Shown here: positions 49,101 to 57,989 of the stretch, piece after piece
How the letters are laid out: every line of letters starts with the position of its first letter
How positions within the stretch are numbered: the first letter of the stretch is position 1
DNA from: an uncultured Verrucomicrobiae bacterium
Lineage (GTDB): Bacteria > Verrucomicrobiota > Verrucomicrobiia > Limisphaerales > Palsa-1400
Length of the DNA stretch: 64,000 nt
NCBI GenBank assembly: GCA_963702845.1
Contig: OY969763.1
Location: 736,001 to 800,000, forward strand
Direction: 5' to 3'
Program-made: the position numbers and the translations under genes
The notes under the pieces: model-generated
What the model saw: only the letters and a program-made list of their open reading frames with translations
What the model was told of the DNA's origin: nothing
Databases searched by the model: none

Positions 49101-51191
49101 CGACGCATCAAAAGAAATCGGGGCAAATGCAAGGAACACGTCGTTCTCAGTCAGCGAAGCAAAATTCGTATTCTTCACCAATCGCACCACCGCCCGATGC
49201 GGCACCGCAACGCCTTTCGGTTCACCCGTTGAACCGGACGTGTACAACACGTACGCCAGACTTTCCGCAGTCGCTCTCGTATCCGATTTTGGATTTCCAA
49301 CCGCCGCCGTCGGATGCTCGTCTTCGAAACAGATAATCGGTGCGTTTGCCTCAATCTGGCGCACCTTCTCCAATAACTTCTTCTGTGTCAGTATCACGCG
49401 CGGTTTTGCATCGGCCACCATCTGAGCCACGCGCTCCTTCGGAAAATCCATATCCAACGGCACGTAAGCCCCACCAGCCTTGAGAATGGCGAGCACTCCA
49501 ATAATCAAATCCGGCGAACGCCCTGCGGAAATTCCAACCAACGAATCGGCGGTCACGCCGCAAGCGCGCAGATGATTCGCAATCGCGTTGGCGCGCTCGT
49601 TCAGTTCGCGATACGAAATGGTTTTCTCACCCGACACCAACGCCACCGCATCCGGGACGCGCCGAACCTGCTCTTCGAAAAGCTGATCAATCGTCGCGTC
49701 GCGAGGGTAATCGGTTTGCGTGCGATTTCGCTCAACCAGCAAATGGTGTCGCTCTTGCTCAGTCAAAATCGCCAGCTTCGAAACCTGCTCGTCAGGATTC
49801 GCCACGATACTTTCCAGTAACGTTTTGAAATGGCCGAGAATCCGTTCCGCATCGGCGCCATCGAAAATGTCCGTGTTAAACTCGAGATCACCGCAATAAC
49901 CCTCGTCGTTATCGGCGAGCGTCAGGATCAAATCGAATTTGGCCGTACCCGTTTCAAACGGCAGCGATTCCGCACGAATGTCCGCCAGCCGCAAAGGCGT
50001 GAGCGGCGTCGCCTGAAATTGAAACATCACCTGAAACAGCGGATGCAACGCGCCCTCGCGTTTCACACGCAAGGCGTGCGCAACCATGTCTAGTGGCACT
50101 TCCTGATTATTGAGCGCGCCCAGCACCGATTCTTTCGCTCGCGCCACCACCTGTCGAAAGGTTGGCTCGCCCGAGAAATCTGTCTTCAACGCAACGGAAT
50201 TTACAAAATAACCAATCAGCCGTTCCGTTTCCTGTCGAGTCCGACCGCCAATAGGCGCGCCGACGATGACGTTTTCTTGTCCCGAACATCGATGAAGCAA
50301 CGTCTGGAACGCAGCCGTCAGGAATGTAAACACAGTCACATTTTCAGCCTGGCTCAGTTTGCGAATCGATTCGCACAAAGTCGCTGGCAACCGCACTGGC
50401 ACACGCGCGCCGTTACCGGTCGGGACCGCCGGACGCGACCGACTACCGGGCAGTTCCAAAATCGGCAATTCACCCGCAAGCTGCTCCTTCCACCACGCGA
50501 GTTGCTGGTCGAGCGATCCATCGACCCGCTCGCGCTGCGTCACCGCATAATCCGCATACTGCGCCGGCAGCGCTGGAAGTTGCGGTTCACTCCCAGCTGC
50601 GAACGCCTTGTAAAACTCCTCAAGCTCACGATACAGCAGGAAAAACGACCAATGATCCGCCGCGATGTGATGCATCGTTATGAGCAACACATGCTCCTGC
50701 GCGCCGGCGCGGATTAATTTCGCGCGCATCATTAAATCTGTTCCCAGATCGAACGGCTTCCGCGCTTCCTGGCTGATCAACGTGCGAATGATTGCCTCGC
50801 GCTGTTGCGTTGGCAAAACCGACACGTCCTCCACCGGCACGTCCAACTGCGCCGACGGGCGAATATATTGCATCGGCTTACCGTCCGTGGCGGTGAAGCG
50901 CGTGCGCAAAATATCATGGCGATCAATCACCGCTTGCAAACTCCGTTGCAACGCGCCGACGTTAAGAGAACCCGCGAGTTTGAGCGCACTCGGGATGTTG
51001 TAAGCGGCGCTATTTGGCTGCAGTTGTTCCACAAACCAGAGGCTCTGCTGCGAGTAAGACAGCGGCGCGGATTCGCGACGGCTCGGCGTCGCGGCTGCGT
51101 TCTGTCTGGTCGCCAATGTTTGTAGTAACCGCTGTTCCAACAACGCCCGGCTCTCTGGACTCAGCAGGGAAATGTCGTTCTGCTCGGTCAT
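43932..51191 (-). CDS. Two-module NRPS C-A-T-C-A-T-TE (about 2418 aa if repaired), interrupted by three frameshifts (sequencing error or pseudogene)
   Basis: HHIAADH and HHIASDE C motifs; TSGSTG, YGPTE, TGD, NGKIDR A motifs twice; GGHSLL twice; TE GYCFGG. Frames join at about 47977, 47669 and 46134. Confidence 0.9.
46057..47754 (-). CDS. NRPS fragment: most of C2 and N-terminal part of A2
   Basis: PFDL, HHIASDEWS, GFFVNTL, TAKFDL, LTYREL, KAGAAYVPL. Confidence 0.75.
   Translation of the reverse strand: MLPRAANRCRSSMARGRLRWKLFPASKRTLQSLLLEHGNRPFDLAADLMIRATLVQLAPEEHVLLLVMHHIASDEWSVNVLLKELDVLYRGHVNGTPAELAPLPMQYPDFSTWQKTYLQGKLLEDQLSYWKTQLGGKIEMTELPGDYRRAAAQTSRGGYARADLPTDACEAIISRGKREGMTPFILMLAAFQTLLAKYTGQNDIVIGSPIAGRNRAETEELIGFFVNTLVLRTNFAGEPTFWEILQRVREVALGAYANQDLPFERLVEMFQPDRSSTQSALVRIMFALQNSEWENFRIGNVTGEIVELPSTTAKFDLTFVIKKSPSGFAAAVEYNADLYEKATIERLLRSFQNLLKAIADQPHQKIASLPLVSEADRRQILVEWNATDRPFPADKGVHEVFLEQVAKTPENIAVVFGQTELTYRELDHRSNQFASYLLKRGVTRGALVPICMERSLEMIIGTLAILKAGAAYVPLEPTTPAERLRLMLADIDTPVFITRSRDAFAFASLDLGSKVIEFERELQAIAQESASPFSTKVSGDESRLRDVHIGFNRNAKRCHRSASRD
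47700..51191 (-). CDS. NRPS fragment: module 1 (C1-A1-T1)
   Basis: LSYSQQSLWF, HHIAADHWS, YTSGSTGEPKG, NFFELGGHSLL; goes out of frame after about 47977. Confidence 0.8.
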   Translation of the reverse strand: MTEQNDISLLSPESRALLEQRLLQTLATRQNAAATPSRRESAPLSYSQQSLWFVEQLQPNSAAYNIPSALKLAGSLNVGALQRSLQAVIDRHDILRTRFTATDGKPMQYIRPSAQLDVPVEDVSVLPTQQREAIIRTLISQEARKPFDLGTDLMMRAKLIRAGAQEHVLLITMHHIAADHWSFFLLYRELEEFYKAFAAGSEPQLPALPAQYADYAVTQRERVDGSLDQQLAWWKEQLAGELPILELPGSRSRPAVPTGNGARVPVRLPATLCESIRKLSQAENVTVFTFLTAAFQTLLHRCSGQENVIVGAPIGGRTRQETERLIGYFVNSVALKTDFSGEPTFRQVVARAKESVLGALNNQEVPLDMVAHALRVKREGALHPLFQVMFQFQATPLTPLRLADIRAESLPFETGTAKFDLILTLADNDEGYCGDLEFNTDIFDGADAERILGHFKTLLESIVANPDEQVSKLAILTEQERHHLLVERNRTQTDYPRDATIDQLFEEQVRRVPDAVALVSGEKTISYRELNERANAIANHLRACGVTADSLVGISAGRSPDLIIGVLAILKAGGAYVPLDMDFPKERVAQMVADAKPRVILTQKKLLEKVRQIEANAPIICFEDEHPTAAVGNPKSDTRATAESLAYVLYTSGSTGEPKGVAVPHRAVVRLVKNTNFASLTENDVFLAFAPISFDASTLEIWGPLLNGGKLVIFPPQAASLEDLAKVIKQTGVTTLWLTSGLFHQMVEHQIDSLKGVRQLLAGGDVLSVSHVLTALKQLPKTKLINGYGPTENTTFTACHLIPQDWDGKRPVPIGKPVSNTTAYVLDRHMQPVPQGAVGDLFTGGDGLARGYLNAPETTGAKFVANPFGQGRLYRTGDLVRYLSDGTLEFVGRADHQVKIRGFRIELGEIEGRLAQHPNISATVVLARSDMPGGKALVAYYVSDEARSTEELQQFVADKLPPFMVPGYFVRVPEMPLTTNGKIDRAKLPAPQAQAAEFIAPRNDVEEKVAKIWCDVMGRERIGVTENFFELGGHSLLATQIMSRISKTFSVELPLRVIFEAPTVAGVAKQLGDGRNPNSIAPDDNGKSRAVVVPATTTLVYPATGHEIVRLQYPARIALARSARRAGVAREFKRHRRSTRSAADAICCRERRTGAGRRWRADG

Positions 51192-51369
51192 CCACTTAGC
51201 ATAGCGACCTCAATTCTGCTTTTAATCAGGGTAGATACGCTCGATGCCTCAGCAGAACTGCCGAAAAAACCTCAACAAAACGCTGACAAACGCAGTCAAT
51301 TAAACTTGATGATTGGCACGACTATGGTTTTATTCGCCACGCAGTTTTTCCTGATCCAAACGCACAACC

Positions 51370-53505
51370 ATGAAGCGATTATTCGTAACAACCATTTTCG
51401 CGTGCGCGACCGCAGCGCACCTTTTCGCCCAATCAAACGTCCAGTCCCAGATCCTCGCGCCCGTGACCATCACCGGCACTCCGGTGAGCGACATTCCCCA
51501 GGTCGAGTCCATCGCTGCCACTGCTGTTTCCGGGATAGAAATCGAGAAAGCTGAAATCAACAACACCCGCGATCTGACTGCGCGCGCGCCGAATCTCGCC
51601 GTGTTCGATGCCAACAACGATCGCTCTCCACGCTTCTCATTGCGCGGGTTTCGCGAAAATAACTTCGCCGCCGGTTCGCCGGTCGTTGGCATGTATATCG
51701 ACGATGTTCCTTACTTCGATCTCTACTCGCGCGGCGTCCCGCTGTTCGACGTCGAACGCGTCGAAATTTTGCGCGGTTCACAAGCCACGTTATATGGCGC
51801 CAGCGGCATCGCAGGCGTCGTGAACGTGGCGACCACGCAAGCGAACAACCAATGGCACGGCCACGCTGAAGCGGGTTACGGCAACTACGATAACCAGGAC
51901 TATCGCACCGGATTTTTCGGCCCGATCGTCAAAGATAAATTGTTCATCGGCGTTTCTGGTCTGTACGATTTGCGCGATGGTTTTGTTTTCAACAATACGA
52001 CCAAGTCCCACCCCGATTACCAGGATACGCTTGCTGGCAAACTGATGTTGAAATGGACACCGAGCGATCCATGGAGCTTCACTGCAATCGTCGACGCCGA
52101 ACGGTTCAATGACGGTTTCGTTCCGACGTTCGTCCCCGGTACCCCTGCAAACAGCAATTCCGTTTCTTTTAGGCCCGCTGACAAAGGCCCATTCTCAGTC
52201 TTCCGCAATCTGAACGGTTTTGTTGACACCGACGCCGTTAACGAAGCCTTCAAGATCGCCTACACTTCACCCGACTTCACCGTCTCGTCGGTCACTTCCC
52301 ATCGCGATTGGCGCCAAACCTTGTTGCAAGACTTTGACTTTTCGGCATTGCCGCTAGTCAACGGATTTTCAAATCCCCAACTTGAACAATGGGGTGAAGA
52401 ACTGCACATCCAATCTCCGGCCGACGCCGATAAACTCCATTGGTTGGCCGGCCTTTATTGGCTGAACCAGGACAACCATACTGACACGGGCTCATCCGGA
52501 ATTACGGCGCTCGACCTCGGCGCGGGGCCTGTGCCTGTGCCGTTCTTCCAGCAAACACAAGCCCGTATGGAGAACAACACCTATGCGGCATTCGCCCAGG
52601 CTACTTATAATGTTTGGTGTCAACTGGACCTGACCGCGGGCGTTCGCCTCACCTACGATGATCGTCAAATGCAACGTCAGTCGGCCGCAACCGTCGCTGG
52701 CTTCCCAACGGGCCCGGCGATTGTAAACAGCATTCACGACCACTTCTCCGCGGTGCAGCCCAAAGTCGCAGCCACCTGGCATTTCACACCCGAACTCGAA
52801 ACCTACGCCAGCGTGACCCTTGGCCACCAAAGCGGCGGCTTCAACGCCTCCCAGGACGATCCGGCCAAGCAGGAATACGGCGCAACCCGCTCGTGGCAAT
52901 TTGAACTCGGAGCAAAATCATCATGGCTCGAGAATCGCGTGCATGCCGATGCGGCATTGTTCTATACCGAAACGCATGGCTACCAGGTCTTCGCCTTCAA
53001 CCCGGCCAATCCAGCCGAAGCCTTTGTTCTCAACGCCCAACGCGCCTCCAGCTACGGCGCCGAACTCGGCCTCACTGCCAACCTCTGTGATCCTTTGACA
53101 TTGACCCTCGACCTCGGCTACACCCACGCCATCTTCGACCGTTTCACCGATCCAAACAGCGGCTTGGTCCTCGACGGCAACACTATCAGTTTCGTCCCCG
53201 AGTTCACCGCGAGTTTTTCCGCCAGATACCGTTTGCCCGCACATTTTTACATTCAGGGCGAAGTGCTGGCACTTGGAAGCTACTTTCTGGATGAAACCGA
53301 CAGCCAGCGCCAGCAAGCATTCCCGCTCGTCAACGCGCAACTTGGATATGACATCAAAAACGTTGAGGTCTACGTTTACGCGAAAAACATCTTCAACCAA
53401 TACTACGCCAACAACGCCCTCGACCTGAGCTCCGGCGGTCTCGGCATCGTCCAACAACCCGGCGACCCCCTGACCTTCGGCTTCGCCGTCAACGCGAAAT
53501 TCTAA
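51370..53505 (+). CDS. TonB-dependent receptor
   Basis: Signal peptide, plug motifs (SLRG, YIDDVP, ERVEILRGSQATLYG), KNIFN, C-terminal Phe. Confidence 0.93.
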   Translation: MKRLFVTTIFACATAAHLFAQSNVQSQILAPVTITGTPVSDIPQVESIAATAVSGIEIEKAEINNTRDLTARAPNLAVFDANNDRSPRFSLRGFRENNFAAGSPVVGMYIDDVPYFDLYSRGVPLFDVERVEILRGSQATLYGASGIAGVVNVATTQANNQWHGHAEAGYGNYDNQDYRTGFFGPIVKDKLFIGVSGLYDLRDGFVFNNTTKSHPDYQDTLAGKLMLKWTPSDPWSFTAIVDAERFNDGFVPTFVPGTPANSNSVSFRPADKGPFSVFRNLNGFVDTDAVNEAFKIAYTSPDFTVSSVTSHRDWRQTLLQDFDFSALPLVNGFSNPQLEQWGEELHIQSPADADKLHWLAGLYWLNQDNHTDTGSSGITALDLGAGPVPVPFFQQTQARMENNTYAAFAQATYNVWCQLDLTAGVRLTYDDRQMQRQSAATVAGFPTGPAIVNSIHDHFSAVQPKVAATWHFTPELETYASVTLGHQSGGFNASQDDPAKQEYGATRSWQFELGAKSSWLENRVHADAALFYTETHGYQVFAFNPANPAEAFVLNAQRASSYGAELGLTANLCDPLTLTLDLGYTHAIFDRFTDPNSGLVLDGNTISFVPEFTASFSARYRLPAHFYIQGEVLALGSYFLDETDSQRQQAFPLVNAQLGYDIKNVEVYVYAKNIFNQYYANNALDLSSGGLGIVQQPGDPLTFGFAVNAKF

Positions 53506-53523
53506 GTAAGCCGTGCGCCGTTC

Positions 53524-53570
53524 GTATCGCAGACTTCCAAGTCTGCCGTATCGCCGATTTCCAAATCGGC
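53524..53570. repeat. Tandem REP-like double hairpin
   Basis: GTATC-GCAGACTT-CC-AAGTCTGC followed by GTATC-GCCGATTT-CC-AAATCGGC. Confidence 0.7.
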
Positions 53571-53684
53571 AGCCATCAAAACGCCAACGACATAAAAATC
53601 ACAACCCATCGCCAAAGAAACAATTTCCCCTCTTTGTGCTCTTTGCGATCTCTGCGGTAAAATAATCCCCACCCAGTACACAAC

Positions 53685-53714
53685 AAAAGCGCGGACACCT
53701 AAGTCCGCGCTTTT
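53685..53714. terminator. Bidirectional intrinsic terminator between the TBDR gene and rpmB
   Basis: AAAAGCGCGGAC-ACCTAA-GTCCGCGCTTTT. Confidence 0.8.
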
Positions 53715-53755
53715 CGCGTAAAATGATTGCGCGACAAATCGCGCTCGATCAAAGC

Positions 53756-54025
53756 CTAAGCAGCCTTGGCTGCTGCCTTGGTCCAAGTGCGCTTAGGCGC
53801 TTTGGTAACGAGGCCCTTTTTGATCGCTTTGGCGGTCACGCGCATAAAACGCACTTCGCCGTCAGGGGTGACGACTTTGACGCGCTGCAGATTGGGCATA
53901 AAACGGCGCTTGGTGATAGCGGTCACGTGCGTGCCGATACCGCCTTTTTTCTTGGCTTTACCACTGCGCCAGATATGACTGCCCTTAATCGGGCCTTTAC
54001 CGGTTATTTCACAAATTCTTGCCAT
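53756..54025 (-). CDS. rpmB: 50S ribosomal protein L28
   Basis: [11 protein letters not shown]...[10 protein letters not shown]...RVTAKAIK. Confidence 0.95.
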   Translation of the reverse strand: MARICEITGKGPIKGSHIWRSGKAKKKGGIGTHVTAITKRRFMPNLQRVKVVTPDGEVRFMRVTAKAIKKGLVTKAPKRTWTKAAAKAA

Positions 54026-54120
54026 AAATTCTCCAACTGAAAGTCGTTTAAACTAGCGGGGATTCCCAGTAGTTCAAGCACGAAAAACAAACCTTTGTAA
54101 CAACCATCGCAAGCGGTTTC

Positions 54121-54193
54121 TTCTCCCTCTCCTCCTCAGGAAGAGGGCTGGCCTGTCCACCGTAGCTTTAGCGAAGGTGGAGGAAAGGAGGCC
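54121..54193. repeat. REP-like element with a second REP nested inside
   Basis: CCCTCTCC..GGAAGAGGG hairpin, then TCCACC-GTAGCTTTAGCGAA-GGTGGA, then GGAAAGGAGG. Confidence 0.45.
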
Positions 54194-54310
54194 TTATCTT
54201 CGTTTCCTCATTCTTATCTGACATCCCTTTTTCTGACTTTCGTAAGGTTTATTCTTGACGCTGTAAGGTAATCCCTCACAATGTGCGCACACCGATAGTA
54301 AAAAAGCACT

Positions 54311-54541
54311 ATGCGAGTCCTTATTCAAAATGCAGCTACGGAGGCCTATTACACGGGGCAGGGTTGGGCCAAAGATGTCAATTCAGCAATGAATTTTGAC
54401 AGTACCGTCAAAGCCGATGCCTACTGTTACCAACACAACATTGGCGACGCTCTCATCGTCGTGAAGTTCAAAGACGAGAGCGGCGACATCAAGTTTACCT
54501 CTGGCGCAGGCAGCAGCCTGATGAGCTCGAGGTCACGTTAA
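54311..54541 (+). CDS. Small hypothetical protein, monocistronic
   Basis: 76-aa ORF with TTGACG...CACAAT promoter upstream and a strong hairpin downstream. Confidence 0.7.
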   Translation: MRVLIQNAATEAYYTGQGWAKDVNSAMNFDSTVKADAYCYQHNIGDALIVVKFKDESGDIKFTSGAGSSLMSSRSR

Positions 54542-54572
54542 ACTCAACAATTGTAGTAGGCCGGTGAGTCCA

Positions 54573-54610
54573 GAATCCGGCGGCAGCAATGCCGCCGGAT
54601 TCAGTATTTA
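54573..54610 (+). terminator. Hairpin terminator
   Basis: GAATCCGGCGGCA-GCAA-TGCCGCCGGATTC followed by an AT-rich tail. Confidence 0.65.
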
Positions 54611-54876
54611 TTCCTGCGCTGACTGTGCCGAAGCACCCCTGAAACTAGCCGGCAGTTCAGTGCCCAGTCCCTGTCGCCACGAACCATTAGGTCCCGAATG
54701 GAACGACTGACCTCATCGCTCCGATGTCATCCTTGTTCCGTCCGCATTCCATTTTTGCGATCTCTGCGTTCTCTGCGGTTAAATAATCTTCTCCCTAAAT
54801 CCGTGTTTCATCAGTGGCTGAAAATCCGCTCAGCAACCTTTGTGCCCTGGTGGCTTGATCGTTACATTTAGTGCAG

Positions 54877-54984
54877 AAAAAGTGCTGTTTCTTTCCCTGC
54901 CTTCCCTCGTTTTCCTACAGTTTTTGACGCGTAGTCACTTTATGGCATCATCGTTTGCGTTATGCGATACATGCAACATAAAGA
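54877..54984 (+). repeat. Dispersed intergenic repeat, copy 2
   Basis: Matches the reverse complement of 2968-3084; contains TTGACG-N16-CATCAT and the start ATGCGATACATGCAACATAAAGA. Confidence 0.9.
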
Positions 54985-55075
54985 CAACGCGGGGATTCTG
55001 ATTCCCGCACCGAACCACGCGAGCCACGACAATGCTTTGTCGCTGGTGACTCCGACGTGCTTGCTATCAACGCCT

Positions 55076-55162
55076 GTCCACTTTCGTCCATTTTCAACCA
55101 AAATGGGTGCCCACTTTCGCCCATTAACATCCACTTTCGCCCAACAACGACCACTTGCGTCC
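55076..55162 (+). repeat. 10-bp tandem repeat tract (consensus GYCCACTTTC)
   Basis: CCA recurs every 10 nt at 55078-55098 and 55111-55151. Confidence 0.8.
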
Positions 55163-55295
55163 GCTAAAGCCCAAAAAAATATTTTTACCAAACGCTATGA
55201 ACCAAAACCAAAACAATACCTCAATTCCTCGCGGCTCGATATTTCGATTGACGCTTGCAACACACCTCTTTAGTTGTGAACCTTTGCGCGCCCAT

Positions 55296-56657
55296 ATGAA
55301 ACTAACTCGCTTCTTCGCGGTGCCAGTTCTGGCCCTCGCCCTGACAACTGCACACGCCCAACGCGGCACCCTTACGCAATCCAGCTCAAGCTCCGACGCC
55401 GGCTTCGTCTCGCTCTTTGACGGTAAGACTCTCACCGGTTGGACCGAAGTCAACGGAACCACCGCCGGCTATCGTGTCGAAAACGGTTCGATCATTTGCA
55501 CGAAGGAGTCAGCCGCCAATCTGTTCTCCGAAAAGGACTACGCCAATTTCATTCTGCGGCTCGACTTCAAGCTCAGCTCAAACGCCAACAACGGTATCGC
55601 CATTCACGCCCCATTTGAAAAAGGCCAGATCGCCTACATCGGCAACGAAATCCAGGTCCTCGACGACCCGACGTACCCCAATTTGTTACCCAGTCAGTAT
55701 TGCGGTTCTCACTACAAAATCACCGCCGCCAAACGCGGCGCACTCAAGCCGACTGGCCAATGGAATCATTACGAAATCACCGTCACAGGCCGCCACATCA
55801 AAGTCGCGCTGAATGGAAAACTAATCACCGATTCTGACCCCAACGCAGTCAGCAACCCTGAAGTCATCCGCGCGCACCCCGGCATGTTCCGAACCAAAGG
55901 CCGCATCGGCTTCCTCGGCCATCACAGCCGCGTCGAATTCAAAAACATCAGCATCAAAGAATTACCCTCGACCGCCCATGAAAACACCGCGCCCGCAGGC
56001 TTCACTGCGTTGTACAATGGCAAAGACCTGACCGGCTGGAAAGGTCTCGTCAAAGACCCGCCGCACCGCGCGAAAATGTCTCCGGAAGAACTCGCGGCCG
56101 AGCAAAAGAAAGCCGACGAAATCGCCTTCAGTCATTGGCACGCCAAGGACGGAGAGATCGTGTTCGACGGCGATTGGAAAGGCCAGAATCTCTGCACCAT
56201 CAAGAATTACGGCGACTTCGAAATGCTGGTCGATTGGAAAATTCCGCCGCGCGGTGATAGCGGTATTTATTTGCGCGGCAGTCCTCAGGTCCAGATTTGG
56301 GCAACGAACAGCCCCGGCCAATTCAATCCGCCCGATGGTTCGGGCGGCCTGTACAATAACGAGAAGAATCCGCGTCATCCGTTGAAATACGCCGACCATC
56401 CCGTTGGCGAATGGAACACCTTTCGTATCATCATGATTGGCGACAAGGCCCACGTGTATCTGAACGAAGTGCTCGTGGTGAACAACACCACGCTCGAAAA
56501 CTATTGGGAACGCAACAAGCCGATGTATCCGACCGGCTCGCTCGAACTTCAGAACCATGGTGGCCCGTTGTGGTTTAAGAACATTTACGTCCGAGAGATC
56601 AAACAGACCGAGTTGCTTGACTCGCCGGTTTCCAAACCAGGTACAGAAGTGCGATAA
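55296..56657 (+). CDS. Secreted tandem DUF1080 (3-keto-disaccharide hydrolase-like) protein
   Basis: Signal peptide; two units LFDGKTLTGW...EIQV...GQWN...FKNI and LYNGKDLTGW...QVQI...GEWN...FKNI. Confidence 0.9.
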   Translation: MKLTRFFAVPVLALALTTAHAQRGTLTQSSSSSDAGFVSLFDGKTLTGWTEVNGTTAGYRVENGSIICTKESAANLFSEKDYANFILRLDFKLSSNANNGIAIHAPFEKGQIAYIGNEIQVLDDPTYPNLLPSQYCGSHYKITAAKRGALKPTGQWNHYEITVTGRHIKVALNGKLITDSDPNAVSNPEVIRAHPGMFRTKGRIGFLGHHSRVEFKNISIKELPSTAHENTAPAGFTALYNGKDLTGWKGLVKDPPHRAKMSPEELAAEQKKADEIAFSHWHAKDGEIVFDGDWKGQNLCTIKNYGDFEMLVDWKIPPRGDSGIYLRGSPQVQIWATNSPGQFNPPDGSGGLYNNEKNPRHPLKYADHPVGEWNTFRIIMIGDKAHVYLNEVLVVNNTTLENYWERNKPMYPTGSLELQNHGGPLWFKNIYVREIKQTELLDSPVSKPGTEVR

Positions 56658-56663
56658 ACCTTT

Positions 56664-57989
56664 ATGAACAATTTAACTAGCCGCCGCAATTTCATCAAAC
56701 AATCGACCATCACCAGCGCTGGTGTGTTTTGGATCGCGAAGACTTCCTGGGCCAAAATCTCTCCCAACGAAAAGCTCAACGTCGGCGTCATCGGCACTGC
56801 CAATCGCGCCATGGACAACATGAACGAGATGGGCCGCGAGAGCACGCATCAGGGCGCGAGCGAAAATATCGTGGCACTTTGTGACGTTGATAAAAATTAT
56901 CTCGGCGTCGCTAAAGCGAAGTTTCCCGAAGCGAAGACCTACACCGATTTTCGTCGCTTGCTTGACCAAAAAAATATCGACGCAGTCCTCGTCGCCACTC
57001 CCGACCATACGCATGCCATCGCCACGATGTCCGCGCTCAAGAGCAGTCGCCACGTATATTGCGAGAAGCCGCTGACCCACACCGTCTCTGAAGCGCGCGC
57101 CATTCGCGAAGCCGCGAAAAAGTACAAGCTCGTTACGCAGTTGGGCACGCAAATTCATTCGCTCGATAATTATCGCCGCGTGGTTGAAGCGCTGCAGAGT
57201 GGCGTCATCGGACCTGTTCGCGAAGTCCATGTCACCATCGATGTCATTTACACCGCAGGCGCGCGTCCTCCCGCCGCTCCCGTGCCCGCTGGTTTTGATT
57301 GGGACCTCTGGCTCGGCCCTGTTGAATCTCGCCCTTACAGCCCTGAATACGCTCCGCGCAATTGGCGCAATTGGTGGGCGTTCGGCGGCGGCACACTTTC
57401 GGATTTCGGCTGCCATTACATCGACCTGGCATTCTGGGCGCTCGGCATTCGCGTGCCCACTTCCGTCACAACCGAAGGTCCGCCGGTCATGGAAGAAGGC
57501 ACTCCGGAATGGTTAATTGCTCATTACGATTTCCCGGCGCGTGACACGCAGCCGCCCGTCAAATTGTCATGGTACCATGGCAAGAAAAACGGCGTGGCCG
57601 TCCGTCCGCCGCAATACTCCGAACCCGGCGCGCCGCAAGGCCTCGGCAACGGCCTGTTGTTCATCGGTGACAAAGGAAGAATGTTCGCCGATTACGGCCA
57701 TTACTTTTTGTATCCCGAAGCCGATTTCAAAGGCTTTGTTCCGCCGCCGAAAACGATTCCCTCTTCGCCCGGCCAGCACGCCGAGTGGATTCGCGCGATC
57801 AAATATGGCGGCACACCGCTGTGCAATTTCGAATACGGTGGCCTCCTGACCGAAACCGCATTGTTGGGCAACGCCGCCTATCGTAGCGGACAAAAAATCG
57901 TATGGGACGCGAAAAATATGAAAGCCGTCGGTAATCCCGCAGCGGACAATTTCATCCAGCACCATTATCGCCAGGGCTGGAGCCTTTAG
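56664..57989 (+). CDS. Tat-exported Gfo/Idh/MocA family oxidoreductase
   Basis: SRRNFIK, ATPDHTH, YCEKP, WDLWLGP, DFGCHYID. Confidence 0.92.
   Translation: MNNLTSRRNFIKQSTITSAGVFWIAKTSWAKISPNEKLNVGVIGTANRAMDNMNEMGRESTHQGASENIVALCDVDKNYLGVAKAKFPEAKTYTDFRRLLDQKNIDAVLVATPDHTHAIATMSALKSSRHVYCEKPLTHTVSEARAIREAAKKYKLVTQLGTQIHSLDNYRRVVEALQSGVIGPVREVHVTIDVIYTAGARPPAAPVPAGFDWDLWLGPVESRPYSPEYAPRNWRNWWAFGGGTLSDFGCHYIDLAFWALGIRVPTSVTTEGPPVMEEGTPEWLIAHYDFPARDTQPPVKLSWYHGKKNGVAVRPPQYSEPGAPQGLGNGLLFIGDKGRMFADYGHYFLYPEADFKGFVPPPKTIPSSPGQHAEWIRAIKYGGTPLCNFEYGGLLTETALLGNAAYRSGQKIVWDAKNMKAVGNPAADNFIQHHYRQGWSL

Noticed and set aside
51192..51369. Fur box or sigma54 promoter between NRPS and TBDR
   Set aside because: No GATAATGATAATCATTATC-like match; TGGCACGACTATGGT has GT rather than GC at -12
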